From contig CAYTOT010000006.1 of the NCBI GenBank assembly GCA_964439475.1, positions 18,104 to 82,103 on the forward strand: a DNA stretch of 64,000 bases, in the 5' to 3' direction. The notes beneath the pieces were generated by a model. That model had not been told where the DNA came from. It saw only the letters and a program-made list of their open reading frames with translations, and did no database searches. Position numbers and translations under genes: made by a program. Of the stretch, positions 30,053 to 39,466 are shown piece after piece; within the stretch, counting starts at the first letter, position 1; the number at the start of each line of letters is the position of its first letter. Source of the DNA: an uncultured Alcaligenaceae bacterium (GTDB taxonomy: Bacteria; Pseudomonadota; Gammaproteobacteria; Burkholderiales; Casimicrobiaceae).

Positions 30053-31063
30053 ATGCGCTACCGAAATCTCATTGCAGCGGCGCTGTCGGCCGGACTCATC
30101 GCGGGGGTTGCCGCGCCCGCAGCCGCGGAGATGCAGGAGATCCACGCTGCCAAGCAGTACGGGATCAGCTATCTCGGCTTGATGGTGATGGAGAACCACA
30201 AGCTCTTCGAGAAGCATGCCAAGGCGGCGGGCCTGGGCGACGCCAAGGTCGTCTGGAGCACCTTCTCCAGCGGCAGCGTGATGAACGACGCCCTGCTGTC
30301 CGGCAACCTGCAGTTCGCCGCCGAGGGGGTGGGACCGTTCGTCACGTTGTGGGCGAAGACCAACGGCAACATCGGCGTCAAAGGCGTGAGCGCGATGAAC
30401 TCCATGCCGCTCTACCTCAACACGCGCAATCCCAACGTGAAGACCATCAAGGACTTCACCGACAAGGACAAGATCGCGCTGCCGGCGGTGAAGGTGTCGA
30501 TCCAGGCGGTCACGCTGCAGATGGCGGCCGCCCAGGCCTTCGGCCAGGAGAACGCGAACAGGCTGGATTCGCTGACGGTGTCGATGTCGCATCCGCAGGG
30601 CATGATCGCGCTCCTCTCCGGAAAGGGCGAGATCACCGCGCACCTCACGTCACCGCCCTACCAGTACCAGGAGCTGAAGGACAAGAGCATCCATCGCGTG
30701 TTCAGCTCGTACGACGTCCTCGGCGGGCCAGCCACGTTCAACGTGATCGCCACGACCTCCAAGTTCCGCAACGAGAACCCCAAGACCTACAAGGCGTTCT
30801 TCGATGCCTTCAAGGAGGCGACCGACTGGATCAATGCGAACAGGAAGGACGCCGCCGAGCTCTACCTGACCATGTCGAAGGACAAGTCCAGCGTGGGCGA
30901 CATCATGGAGATCCTCAACGATCCCGACATCAAGTACACGCTCACGCCGAACAACATCATGAAGTACGTCGAGTTCATGCACAAGATCGGCTCGATCAAG
31001 GTGACACCCGCGTCGTGGAAGGACATGTTCTTCGACAGCGCGCATGACCTGAAGGGCAGCTAG
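30053..31063 (+). CDS. NitT/TauT-family ABC substrate-binding protein
   Basis: Signal peptide; QYGISYLGL, MNDALLSG, SHPQGMIALLSG and HLTSPPY. Confidence 0.88.
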   Translation: MRYRNLIAAALSAGLIAGVAAPAAAEMQEIHAAKQYGISYLGLMVMENHKLFEKHAKAAGLGDAKVVWSTFSSGSVMNDALLSGNLQFAAEGVGPFVTLWAKTNGNIGVKGVSAMNSMPLYLNTRNPNVKTIKDFTDKDKIALPAVKVSIQAVTLQMAAAQAFGQENANRLDSLTVSMSHPQGMIALLSGKGEITAHLTSPPYQYQELKDKSIHRVFSSYDVLGGPATFNVIATTSKFRNENPKTYKAFFDAFKEATDWINANRKDAAELYLTMSKDKSSVGDIMEILNDPDIKYTLTPNNIMKYVEFMHKIGSIKVTPASWKDMFFDSAHDLKGS

Positions 31064-31141
31064 TGCAGGCGTCGGCGCGGGCGCGGCCCTGCCGTCGCGG
31101 CAGCGGGGGGATCGTCGTGGGCGGCGCGGAGGCTCGCTGAC

Positions 31142-31933
31142 ATGCCCGCGCCGCCCACACCCGTGCCGCTTCTGGACGTGCGCGGCGTCACGCTGCAGTA
31201 CAAGACCAAGGAGCACCTGGTGACGGCCACCTATCGGGTCGACTTCCAGGTGTACCGGTCGGATCGTTTCGTGATGCTCGGGCCGTCGGGCTGCGGCAAG
31301 TCGACGCTGCTGAAGGCGGTGGGCGGCTACATGACGCCGACCGAAGGCGAGATGCGCCTCAACGGCGAGGTGATCCGCAAGCCCGGCGCCGACCGCATGA
31401 TGGTGTTCCAGGAGTTCGACCAGCTCCTGCCGTGGAAGACCGTCAAGGAGAACGTGATGTTCGCGCTGACGGCGAGCGGGAAGCTGAAGGGCAGGCAGGC
31501 CGAGGACAAGGCCATGCAGTACATCGAGAAGGTGAACCTCACCAAGTTCGCCGACAGCTTCCCGCACACGCTTTCCGGTGGAATGAAGCAGCGGGTGGCG
31601 ATTGCCCGCGGCATGGCGATGGAACCCGAGATCCTGCTGATGGACGAGCCGTTCGCGGCGCTGGACGCGCTTACCCGGCGCAAGATGCAGGAGGAGCTGC
31701 TGCAGCTCTGGGACGACACGCACTTCACCGTGCTCTTCGTCACGCACTCGATCCCGGAGGCGGTCCTGCTCGGCAACCGCATCCTGCTGCTTTCGCCGCA
31801 TCCCGGCCAGGTCAAGGCGGAGTTGAACAGCGACGGGCACGACCGCACGTCCAGCGACGGCAAGACGCTATCGGACCGCATCCAGGACATGCTCTTCGCC
31901 GACGCGATCGAAGAGGAGGCCACGCATGCCTGA
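31142..31933 (+). CDS. NitT/TauT ABC ATP-binding protein
   Basis: GPSGCGKST, LSGGMKQR and LLMDEPFAALD. Confidence 0.95.
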   Translation: MPAPPTPVPLLDVRGVTLQYKTKEHLVTATYRVDFQVYRSDRFVMLGPSGCGKSTLLKAVGGYMTPTEGEMRLNGEVIRKPGADRMMVFQEFDQLLPWKTVKENVMFALTASGKLKGRQAEDKAMQYIEKVNLTKFADSFPHTLSGGMKQRVAIARGMAMEPEILLMDEPFAALDALTRRKMQEELLQLWDDTHFTVLFVTHSIPEAVLLGNRILLLSPHPGQVKAELNSDGHDRTSSDGKTLSDRIQDMLFADAIEEEATHA

Positions 31934-32801
31934 AGCCGGAGCGACGATGATCGAGCGTCCGGAGTTCGTACGCACGGTCGAGACCGAGGCCTACGGGGTC
32001 GTGCAGAAGCCGCTCACGACGTGGGAGAAGATCTACGACAACGGCGCGGCGCGCAAGACCTTCCTGCTGCTGGTGATGGTGGTGGCATGGGAAGCCTACG
32101 CGCGATGGCTCAACAGCCCGCTGCTGTTCCCGACGTTCGGAGCGACCGTAAGGGCGTTCTACGACGCGATTGCGAGCGGGGTGCTGCCGCACCGCACGTG
32201 GTTCTCGATCAAGGTGCTGCTGCAGGGCTATGCCATCGGACTGGTGCTGGCCGCGCTGCTCACCGCCTTCGCGACCGCCACCCGGATCGGCACCGATCTC
32301 CTCGAAACCCTGACCTCGATGTTCAATCCGCTGCCGTCGATAGCGCTGCTGCCGCTCGCGCTCATCTGGTTCGGGCTGGGCAACGGCAGCCTCATCTTCG
32401 TGCTGATCCACTCGGTGCTGTGGTCGGTCGCGCTCAACACGCATACGGGCTTCAAGGCGGTCAGCCAGACACTGCGCATGGTGGGACGCAACTACGGACT
32501 CACGGGGCCGCGCTACATCATGAAGATCCTGATACCGGCCGCGTTTCCGAGCATCCTCACCGGACTCAAGATCGGCTGGGCATTCGCCTGGCGCACGTTG
32601 ATCGCGGCGGAGCTGGTCTTCGGCGTTTCGTCGGGCTCGGGCGGGCTTGGGTGGTACATCTACGAGAACAAGAACCAGCTCGAGATTCCGGCCGTGTTCG
32701 CGGGGCTGTTCACGGTGATCATCATCGGGCTCGTGGTGGAGAACCTGATCTTCCACCGCATCGAGGCGAGCACCATACGGAAGTGGGGCATGCAGACCTG
32801 A
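31926..32801 (+). CDS. NitT/TauT ABC permease
   Basis: PLPSIALLPL, EAA-like MVGRNYGL and WAFAWRTLIAAELV. Confidence 0.93.
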   Translation: MPEAGATMIERPEFVRTVETEAYGVVQKPLTTWEKIYDNGAARKTFLLLVMVVAWEAYARWLNSPLLFPTFGATVRAFYDAIASGVLPHRTWFSIKVLLQGYAIGLVLAALLTAFATATRIGTDLLETLTSMFNPLPSIALLPLALIWFGLGNGSLIFVLIHSVLWSVALNTHTGFKAVSQTLRMVGRNYGLTGPRYIMKILIPAAFPSILTGLKIGWAFAWRTLIAAELVFGVSSGSGGLGWYIYENKNQLEIPAVFAGLFTVIIIGLVVENLIFHRIEASTIRKWGMQT

Positions 32802-32805
32802 CGCC

Positions 32806-33741
32806 ATGGCGCATATCGTCATCACCGAGTTCATGGATGTCCCTGCCGTCGAGGCGCTGCAGCAGCGCCATGACGTCGTGTACCGGCCTTCGCTCGTCGA
32901 CGAGCCGCAGACACTGCGCCAGGCGGTGGCAGGCGCCGATGCGCTGATCGTGCGCAATCGCACGCGGGTCGACACCGCGCTGCTGGATGCCGCACCCCAC
33001 CTGCGCGTCGTCGGGCGCCTGGGTGTGGGGCTCGACAACATCGACGTTGCCGCCTGCGGGTTGCGCGGCATCGAGGTGATCCCCGCGACGGGCGCGAACG
33101 CACTGGCGGTAGCGGAGTACGTGATCGGCACGGCCATGCTGCTGCTCCGGGGCGCGTATCGCTCCACGGACGACGTCGCCGCGGGACGCTGGCCGCGCGC
33201 GGCGCTTTCCGAGGGCCGGGAGATCCACGGCAAGACGCTCGGGCTCGTGGGATTCGGCGCCATCGGTCGCCTGACCGCCGAACTGGCGCGCGCGCTCGGC
33301 ATGCGGATCGTCGCCCACGACCCCGCGATCGATCGCGGCGCGCCGGCCTGGCGCGAGCACGGCGCCGAGCCGCTCGCGCTCGACGACGTGTTCGCCGGTG
33401 CCGACGCGGTCAGCCTGCACGTTCCGCTCATGGACTCGACGCGCAACCTCGTCGATGCGCGCCGGCTCGCACTGATGAAGTCCGGCGCGGTGCTGATCAA
33501 TACGGCGCGCGGCGGCATCGTCGACGAGACGGCACTCGCCGCAGCGCTTCGCGCCGACGCGCTCGGCGGCGCTGCGCTGGACGTCTTCGCCGGCGAGCCG
33601 CTCGCGGCGGGCTCGCCCCTCGCCGGTGCCCCGAACCTCGTCCTCACGCCGCACATCGCAGGCGTCACCGCGGAGTCGAACGAGCGCGTGAGCCGGATGA
33701 TCGCCGAGCGCGTCGCCGCCGCGCTCGCCGCCGCGCGATAG
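32806..33741 (+). CDS. slcC: D-2-hydroxyacid dehydrogenase, (S)-sulfolactate dehydrogenase SlcC-like
   Basis: N-terminus MAHIVITEFMD recalled from SlcC; GRLGVGLDNID, GFGAIG, INTARG, LDVF..EP and TPHIAG; sulfonate gene context. Confidence 0.72.
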   Translation: MAHIVITEFMDVPAVEALQQRHDVVYRPSLVDEPQTLRQAVAGADALIVRNRTRVDTALLDAAPHLRVVGRLGVGLDNIDVAACGLRGIEVIPATGANALAVAEYVIGTAMLLLRGAYRSTDDVAAGRWPRAALSEGREIHGKTLGLVGFGAIGRLTAELARALGMRIVAHDPAIDRGAPAWREHGAEPLALDDVFAGADAVSLHVPLMDSTRNLVDARRLALMKSGAVLINTARGGIVDETALAAALRADALGGAALDVFAGEPLAAGSPLAGAPNLVLTPHIAGVTAESNERVSRMIAERVAAALAAAR

Positions 33742-33844
33742 CGGGCCGCGCGGCACCCGTGGCGCCCGCTGCGCCCTCCCCTCCCGGGGCTCCTGCCGCG
33801 CGCACTCCCGCGGCACCGCTCGACAAGCATCTGCGCGGCTGACG

Positions 33845-34603
33845 TTGCCGGCATGGTCACTGCCGTTCGACCCGGCAGCCATTGCGGCGGCCGGTGCGAT
33901 CGTCCTCGTCGCCTATGTCGTGTTCGGGATGACGGGCTTCGGCTCGTCGATCGCCGCCGCGCCCTTCCTGGTCCTCCTGTTTCCGCTCACGTTCGCAGTG
34001 CCCATGATGGTGATCCTCGACCTGTGCTGCGGATCGCTGCTGGCACTGCGCACGCGGCGCGAAGCAGCGTGGCGCGAGCTCGCGAGGCTTGCACCATGGA
34101 TCGCGCTGGGCATGCTCTTGGGGGTCACGCTGCTGGTCAACGCACCCGAGCGCGTGCTGCTCACCCTGCTCGCGCTGTTCGTGCTGGGCTACCTCGCGCG
34201 CAGCCACCTCGCCGCCCCCACCCGCACCCCGCTCTCCACGCGCTGGGCGAGCACGTTCGGCATGTTCGGCGGCGTGTTCACGGCCCTCTACGGAACCGGC
34301 GGCCCGATCCTGCTCGTCTACCTTGCGCGACGCCTCGCCGATGCGCGCGCGCTGCGCGCGACGATGGGCATGCTGATCCTGCTGACCGCCGTGGCCCGCG
34401 TCCCGCTGTTTGCCGGCGCAGACCTGTTCGCACAACCCGGCCTCGTCGCCCTGTGCGCCGCGCTGATCCCCGTTGGGCTCCTGGGGCTCTGGATCGGCAG
34501 CCGCCTCCACCATAGATTGCCGCCGCGACAGGTGATGCTGACCATGCACGCCGTCCTGCTGGCCGGCGCGATCAATCTCCTCTACAGGGTGCTGGTCGCC
34601 TGA
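33845..34603 (+). CDS. TauE/SafE sulfite exporter
   Basis: GMTGFGSSIAAAP and GVFTALYGTGGP motifs, about 8 TM segments. Confidence 0.88.
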   Translation: MPAWSLPFDPAAIAAAGAIVLVAYVVFGMTGFGSSIAAAPFLVLLFPLTFAVPMMVILDLCCGSLLALRTRREAAWRELARLAPWIALGMLLGVTLLVNAPERVLLTLLALFVLGYLARSHLAAPTRTPLSTRWASTFGMFGGVFTALYGTGGPILLVYLARRLADARALRATMGMLILLTAVARVPLFAGADLFAQPGLVALCAALIPVGLLGLWIGSRLHHRLPPRQVMLTMHAVLLAGAINLLYRVLVA

Positions 34604-36348
34604 ACGAGCGTATGGCCGGGCTGCACACGGGAAAAACGCACCGGTTCGAAGCCGATCTCGAACTCGCCGCCTTCGCGGCGCACGACGGTGAACGTCGAGG
34701 CCGCAAGATCGCCCGCCTGCGGGAAGTCGGTACGAAAGTGCGCCCCGCGCGAGTCCTCGCGCGCCAGCGCTGCGGTGGCGATGGCCTTGCTCACGTCGAT
34801 CAGGCTCGCGAGGTTGAGCCAGTCGTGCCAGGTGGGATTGAAGCCCCTGTCGCCATCGGCCACGCCGATGCGCGCGAGCTCGCCTTCCAGGATGCCCAGC
34901 GTCGACAGCGCACGCCGCAGTCCCGCAGCATCACGCACGATGCCGACGTCGTCCCACATGCACGCATAGAGCGCCCCGCGCACCGGTTCGAGCGACCCCG
35001 GCGCGGAGGCGAACGGCGCCTCGTGCCGCGCGACGCTCGCCGCGATCGCCGCGTCGTCGGGCTCGTGCAGGCGTCCGTGCTCCCGCACCCATGCCGCCAT
35101 GCTGTCGCCGGCGATCCCGCCGAAGACCGTGGAGTTCGCCACCCCGTTGCCGCCGAGACGGTTGGCGCCGTGCACGCCGCCGGTGTCCTCGCCGGCGGCG
35201 AAGAGCCCCGCGAGCGCCGTCGTGCAGTCGGGCGCGAAGCGCACGCCGCCCATCATGTAGTGCGCCGTGGGAACGACCTCGACCCGCCCGCCGGCGAGAT
35301 CGAAGCCGCAGTCCGCGCAGCGCTCGACCATGCCCTTGAACTGGCGGCGCACGTTGTTCGCGCCCAGGTGCCGCATGTCGATCCATACGCCGCCATGCGG
35401 GGTCACGCGCCCTGCGCGCATCTCGGCGTCGATGGCGCGCGACACCACGTCGCGCGTGGCGCGCTCGCCGTTCGGATCGTGGTGATGCATGAAGCGCTCG
35501 CCGAGCCCGTTGACGAGGTGGCCGCCCGCGCCGCGCAGTCCTTCCTCGAGCACGGTGCCGGTCATGCGGGTGTGCGTGCCGGCGAGCAGCCCCGTGGGGT
35601 GGAACTGCACCATCTCCATGTCGCGCAGCGAGAGTCCCGCGCGCAGCGCCATGGCGAGCCCGTCGCAGCTCTTGTCGCCCGACGGGGTGTGATAGCGGTA
35701 CATGGTAGGGCCGCCGCCGGTGGCGAGCAGGACCGCCTTCGCCTGCACGAAGACGAAGTCGCCGCGCGGCATGTCGATCATCAGCACGCCGGCCAGCGCG
35801 TCGCCCCCGGGCGTCTTCACGAGCTCGATTGCACGGTGGTCCTCGAGGCGCGCGATGTCGCGCGCCCACACCTGTTCGGCGAGGCGATTGATGATCTCGA
35901 TGCCGGTCAGGTCCCCCTTGTGCACGGTGCGATCGAAGGTCTGGCCCGCGAATGCCTTCTGATGCACGCTGCCGTCGGGATTGCGGTCGAAGAAGCAGCC
36001 GAGCTCGTTCTCCAGCTCGCGGATGCGCACCACTGCGCCGTTCACCAGCGTCCACGCGAGGTCCTGGTCGGCGAGCCACTTGGAGCCCTCGATCGTGTCC
36101 ATGAAGTGGCGCTCGATCGAGTCGCCGGGGGCGAGCGCCACGTTGTAGCCGCCCTGGACCATGCGCGTGCAGCCGCACTTGCCGAGCAGCCCCTTCACCG
36201 CCACGGTGATCGCGAGCTCGGGCGCCGCGGCGTGCGCGTGCAGCGCGGCGAAGAGCCCCGCGCCCCCCGAGCCCAGGATCAGGATGTCGGTGGACAGGCG
36301 ACGGACCGGCGTGGCTCCTTCGCCCGCGGGGACGCCCTGCGGCCTCAC
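34582..36348 (-). CDS. Succinate dehydrogenase / fumarate reductase-like flavoprotein (paralog)
   Basis: GSGGAG, CTRMVQGG, QFHPTG, RDVVSR, PTAHYMMGG and HGANRLGGN. GTG overlaps the upstream stop; 3' end overlaps tauE convergently. Confidence 0.9.
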   Translation of the reverse strand: MRPQGVPAGEGATPVRRLSTDILILGSGGAGLFAALHAHAAAPELAITVAVKGLLGKCGCTRMVQGGYNVALAPGDSIERHFMDTIEGSKWLADQDLAWTLVNGAVVRIRELENELGCFFDRNPDGSVHQKAFAGQTFDRTVHKGDLTGIEIINRLAEQVWARDIARLEDHRAIELVKTPGGDALAGVLMIDMPRGDFVFVQAKAVLLATGGGPTMYRYHTPSGDKSCDGLAMALRAGLSLRDMEMVQFHPTGLLAGTHTRMTGTVLEEGLRGAGGHLVNGLGERFMHHHDPNGERATRDVVSRAIDAEMRAGRVTPHGGVWIDMRHLGANNVRRQFKGMVERCADCGFDLAGGRVEVVPTAHYMMGGVRFAPDCTTALAGLFAAGEDTGGVHGANRLGGNGVANSTVFGGIAGDSMAAWVREHGRLHEPDDAAIAASVARHEAPFASAPGSLEPVRGALYACMWDDVGIVRDAAGLRRALSTLGILEGELARIGVADGDRGFNPTWHDWLNLASLIDVSKAIATAALAREDSRGAHFRTDFPQAGDLAASTFTVVRREGGEFEIGFEPVRFSRVQPGHTLVQATSTL

Positions 36349-36959
36349 GGCGCCTTCACGCCGAGCGCCGCGAGCACGCTGGCGCGCTTCGCCGCGGCGG
36401 CGTCGCGCACCGCCTCGTAGAGACTGCCGCCGACGCTGTCCATGCCGACGAGCAGCGGTCCGAAGTCGCGGATGCGAAACTTCCACAGCGACTCGGGATT
36501 CAGGTCGTCGAGGTCGACGTCCTCGATGGCCTCGATCCACGTCGTTTCGAGCGCCGCGGTGCCGCCGACGATCGCGAGGTAGACGCCACCGAGATCGCGG
36601 AACGCCGCAGCGGAGGCCTCGCGCAAGCCCCCCTTGCCGACGATCGCCCGCACCCCGTAACGCTCGAGCAGCGGGCGGGTGAAGCGCTCCATGCGGTCCG
36701 ACGTGGTGGTGCCGATGCACACCGGCGCGTATCCCGCCGGATTGGCCGCGTCGGGTGTGACCTTGCGCACGTTCGGCGCGGTGTGAATCACCGCGTGACC
36801 GGCGAGGTCGAAGCGCGTCGTGCGTCCGCGGTCGAACATGTGGATCTGCGTGGCGTCGCGGATGCCGTACAGGGTGTTCTGCAGCGTGACGGTATCGCCG
36901 ACGCGAAGGCTGCGCGCCGTCGCCTCGTCGATCGGCATGCGAAGGTCATGGTGAGCCAT
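36345..36959 (-). CDS. Class I fumarate hydratase / tartrate dehydratase beta-like subunit
   Basis: LRVGDTVTL...IRDATQ...GTTTSDRM...IVGKGG...GPLLVGMDSVGGSLY. Confidence 0.9.
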   Translation of the reverse strand: MAHHDLRMPIDEATARSLRVGDTVTLQNTLYGIRDATQIHMFDRGRTTRFDLAGHAVIHTAPNVRKVTPDAANPAGYAPVCIGTTTSDRMERFTRPLLERYGVRAIVGKGGLREASAAAFRDLGGVYLAIVGGTAALETTWIEAIEDVDLDDLNPESLWKFRIRDFGPLLVGMDSVGGSLYEAVRDAAAAKRASVLAALGVKAP

Positions 36960-36978
36960 CGTCGGTGTTCTCCGCGGA

Positions 36979-37857
36979 TCAGTAGCCGAAGGTCACGCCC
37001 GCTGGCGTGAACGTCGCCGAGGCGCGCCGCGCCGAGTGGCATTGCATGTTGACCGCCACGGGGTTCATCGTGATGTGCGTCGCCGCGAGTTCGACGTGCA
37101 CCGCGAAGGCAGTGGCATCTCCGCCCAGGCCCTGCGGGCCGACACCCAGCGCATTCACCGCCGCGCTGAGCGCAGTCTCGAGCGGGGCGCCCTCGGGATC
37201 GGCGCAGCGCGTTCCCAGCGCCCGCGTCGCCGCCCGCTTGGCGAGCGCGACGCACAGGTCGGAGGTGCCGCCGATGCCCACGCCGACGATGGTGGGTGGA
37301 CAGGTCTTGCCGCCCGCTGCGAGCACGCAGTCGACCACGAAGGTCTTGACCGCATCGACACCCTCGGCAGGAATCGCCATGCGCAGGAACGAGTTGTTCT
37401 CCGAGCCGCTCCCCTTGGGGATCATGAGGAGGCGCAACGTCTCCTCCTCGTCGACGAAATCGACGTGGATCACGGGAACCTCGGTGCCGCAGGACGTCTG
37501 CTCGTTGCGCCGCGTCAGCGGATGCACGACCGACGAGCGCAGCGGGTGCTCGCGGGTGGCGCGCGCGCATCCTTCGCGGATCGCTGCCTTGAGCGCGACA
37601 CCGTCGACCTCGACGTGGCGGCCGATCTCGACGTTGTAGATGGGGATTCCGGTGTCCTGGCACAGGAGGTTGTTGCGCGCCTCCGCGACCGCGATGTTGG
37701 TGACCATCGTGCCGAGGACCCGCTGCGCCGTGGCGTCAGTCTCCCGCGCCGTGAGTGTGGTGAAGCCTTCCTTGATGTCGGGAGGCAGCATCTTGAGCGC
37801 CCGGATGTAGAGCTCACGGCTCGCATCCTCGACGGCGGCAGGGTCGATCTTCATCAT
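36979..37857 (-). CDS. Class I fumarate hydratase / tartrate dehydratase alpha-like subunit (Fe-S)
   Basis: Three cluster Cys motifs (LLCQDTG, GGKTCPP, VNMQCHS) plus PKGSGSEN. Confidence 0.9.
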   Translation of the reverse strand: MMKIDPAAVEDASRELYIRALKMLPPDIKEGFTTLTARETDATAQRVLGTMVTNIAVAEARNNLLCQDTGIPIYNVEIGRHVEVDGVALKAAIREGCARATREHPLRSSVVHPLTRRNEQTSCGTEVPVIHVDFVDEEETLRLLMIPKGSGSENNSFLRMAIPAEGVDAVKTFVVDCVLAAGGKTCPPTIVGVGIGGTSDLCVALAKRAATRALGTRCADPEGAPLETALSAAVNALGVGPQGLGGDATAFAVHVELAATHITMNPVAVNMQCHSARRASATFTPAGVTFGY

Positions 37858-37894
37858 CGTCCTCTCGCAAGGGATCGCGCCGGCCGTGAACGCG

Positions 37895-38266
37895 TCATCG
37901 CCACAGGGCCAGCGCGAAGACGAGTCCGGCGGCCAGCCCGGCGGCGCAAGCACCGGCGATCCAGTCCTTGCGCAGGCCCGACCACGGCCGGAACTCGATG
38001 AGGAGCAGGCGTAGCCCGCCCGCCATGTGCAGCGTCAGGAGCACCACGAGCCCCCATTCCGCGATCTTGAAGAGCGGCCGGTCGGCAAAGCGCAGGAAGC
38101 CGTCGAGGGCCGCATCGCCGCGCAGTGCCGTCGACAGCGCCAGGAAGTGCAGCGGCAGGAACACCGCGAGCGCGATGCCCGAGAGCCGGTGCACGAGATA
38201 CGCCCACCACGCCGGATGCGCGTGCGCGCGCGCATCGCTGCGCCGCATCGGCCTGCCGGCGCTCAT
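37895..38266 (-). CDS. SdhC-like membrane anchor (cytochrome b)
   Basis: LVHRLSGIAL...LHF...LHMAGGLRLLL, three TM segments. Confidence 0.85.
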   Translation of the reverse strand: MSAGRPMRRSDARAHAHPAWWAYLVHRLSGIALAVFLPLHFLALSTALRGDAALDGFLRFADRPLFKIAEWGLVVLLTLHMAGGLRLLLIEFRPWSGLRKDWIAGACAAGLAAGLVFALALWR

Positions 38267-38658
38267 CCGATCACCATCGCGTAGACCGCGGTCATGCCGA
38301 GTGCGGCGAGGATCCAGGCCAGCGCTCCGGCACAGGCATTGGCGACGCGGCTCGACAGGCCGACCCACTCCTCGCCGATGCGGGCGAGCCCGATGGGCGC
38401 GTGCACGGCGGCAGCAACGACGAACACGGCATAGAACGCGCCGAAGGCGACGCTGCCGCGGGTCCGTGCGAGCAGTGACTCGGCGGAAAGTCCCGAGCGC
38501 ACCGCGTACACGATGGTGACCAGGTGCACGAGCACGCACACCGCCAGCACCATCGCCGAGATGCGCTGCCAGTACCAGCGGCGCGCCTCGCGAACCGGGT
38601 CGTGCGGGGCCGGGTGATACGCCCGGACAGGGCCGGCGGGGCTGCCTTGCGCGCTCAC
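38263..38658 (-). CDS. SdhD-like membrane anchor
   Basis: WYWQRISAMVL...VHL...VHAPIGL, three TM segments. 3' part of the 447-aa track ORF. Confidence 0.82.
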   Translation of the reverse strand: MSAQGSPAGPVRAYHPAPHDPVREARRWYWQRISAMVLAVCVLVHLVTIVYAVRSGLSAESLLARTRGSVAFGAFYAVFVVAAAVHAPIGLARIGEEWVGLSSRVANACAGALAWILAALGMTAVYAMVIG

Positions 38659-39395
38659 GGCTCGAGTTCCCCGCGCAGCGCGGCGCGCGCCGTGACGCGC
38701 TTCAGGCCGGCGATCGCGGCGGTGGGCGAGATGTGCTTCGGGCAGCGTTCGGTGCAGGAACCCTGCGTGTGGCAGACGTGGCAGCCCGCGTCGCCCGCGA
38801 CCGCGCGCAGCCTCTCCTTGCCCGCGACGTCGCGCTCGTCGTTGACGAGCGTCCACGCGCGGTTGAGCGCCGCCGGGCCGAGGTAGTCGGGACGCCACGC
38901 GACGACGTCGCAGGATGCGTAGCAGGCGCCGCAGCCGATGCACTCGATGCCCGCGTCGACCGCCTTGCGCGCCACCGAATCCGGCGTGACCCGGGCAAAC
39001 TCGTCCACCCGCGTGCGCGTGCCGCTGAAGCGCCCGCGCGCCGCCGCCCACTTGTCGAAGAACACGCGCATGTCCGTCACGAGGTCCTTGACGAGGGGCA
39101 GGTTGGCGAGCGGCGCGAGTTCGAGGCGCCCATCGGCAGCGACCTCCGCGACGTGGGTGCGGCAGGTCCAGCGGGCGCGTCCGTTGACCGTCATCGCGCA
39201 GGAGCCGCACATGCCGACCCGGCAGGCGAAGCGGTACGCGAGCGACGGCTCCAGATTGCGCTGGACATAGGTGACGACGTCGAGCACCGTCTGGCTCGCA
39301 CGCCGCGGCACGTCGTAGGCGGCGAATGCGCCATCGCGGCGCCCGCGCCAGATCGACACGCGCAACGTGGCACCCTGTCCATCCTCCTCGCTCAT
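38655..39395 (-). CDS. SdhB/FrdB-like iron-sulfur subunit
   Basis: CRVGMCGSC...C, CIGCGACYASC and CHTQGSCTERCP. Confidence 0.93.
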   Translation of the reverse strand: MSEEDGQGATLRVSIWRGRRDGAFAAYDVPRRASQTVLDVVTYVQRNLEPSLAYRFACRVGMCGSCAMTVNGRARWTCRTHVAEVAADGRLELAPLANLPLVKDLVTDMRVFFDKWAAARGRFSGTRTRVDEFARVTPDSVARKAVDAGIECIGCGACYASCDVVAWRPDYLGPAALNRAWTLVNDERDVAGKERLRAVAGDAGCHVCHTQGSCTERCPKHISPTAAIAGLKRVTARAALRGELEP

Positions 39396-39466
39396 GTTGC
39401 CATTGTCCGCCTCCCCAACACTCAAGGAAAGCGAAATCTTCCGTACGTGAGATAAAGTATCGCTTT

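Noticed and set aside
29990-31135. GC-rich hairpins after suyB (about 29995-30020) and after the binding-protein gene (about 31070-31130)
   Set aside because: No U-tract and not repeated elsewhere as a REP family. At most they are mRNA-stabilising stems, so they were not listed as features.
34582-39395. Housekeeping succinate dehydrogenase/fumarase operon
   Set aside because: Gene order B-D-C-fumA-fumB-A, a dedicated LysR, the missing covalent-FAD His and the lack of TCA neighbours indicate a specialised paralog.
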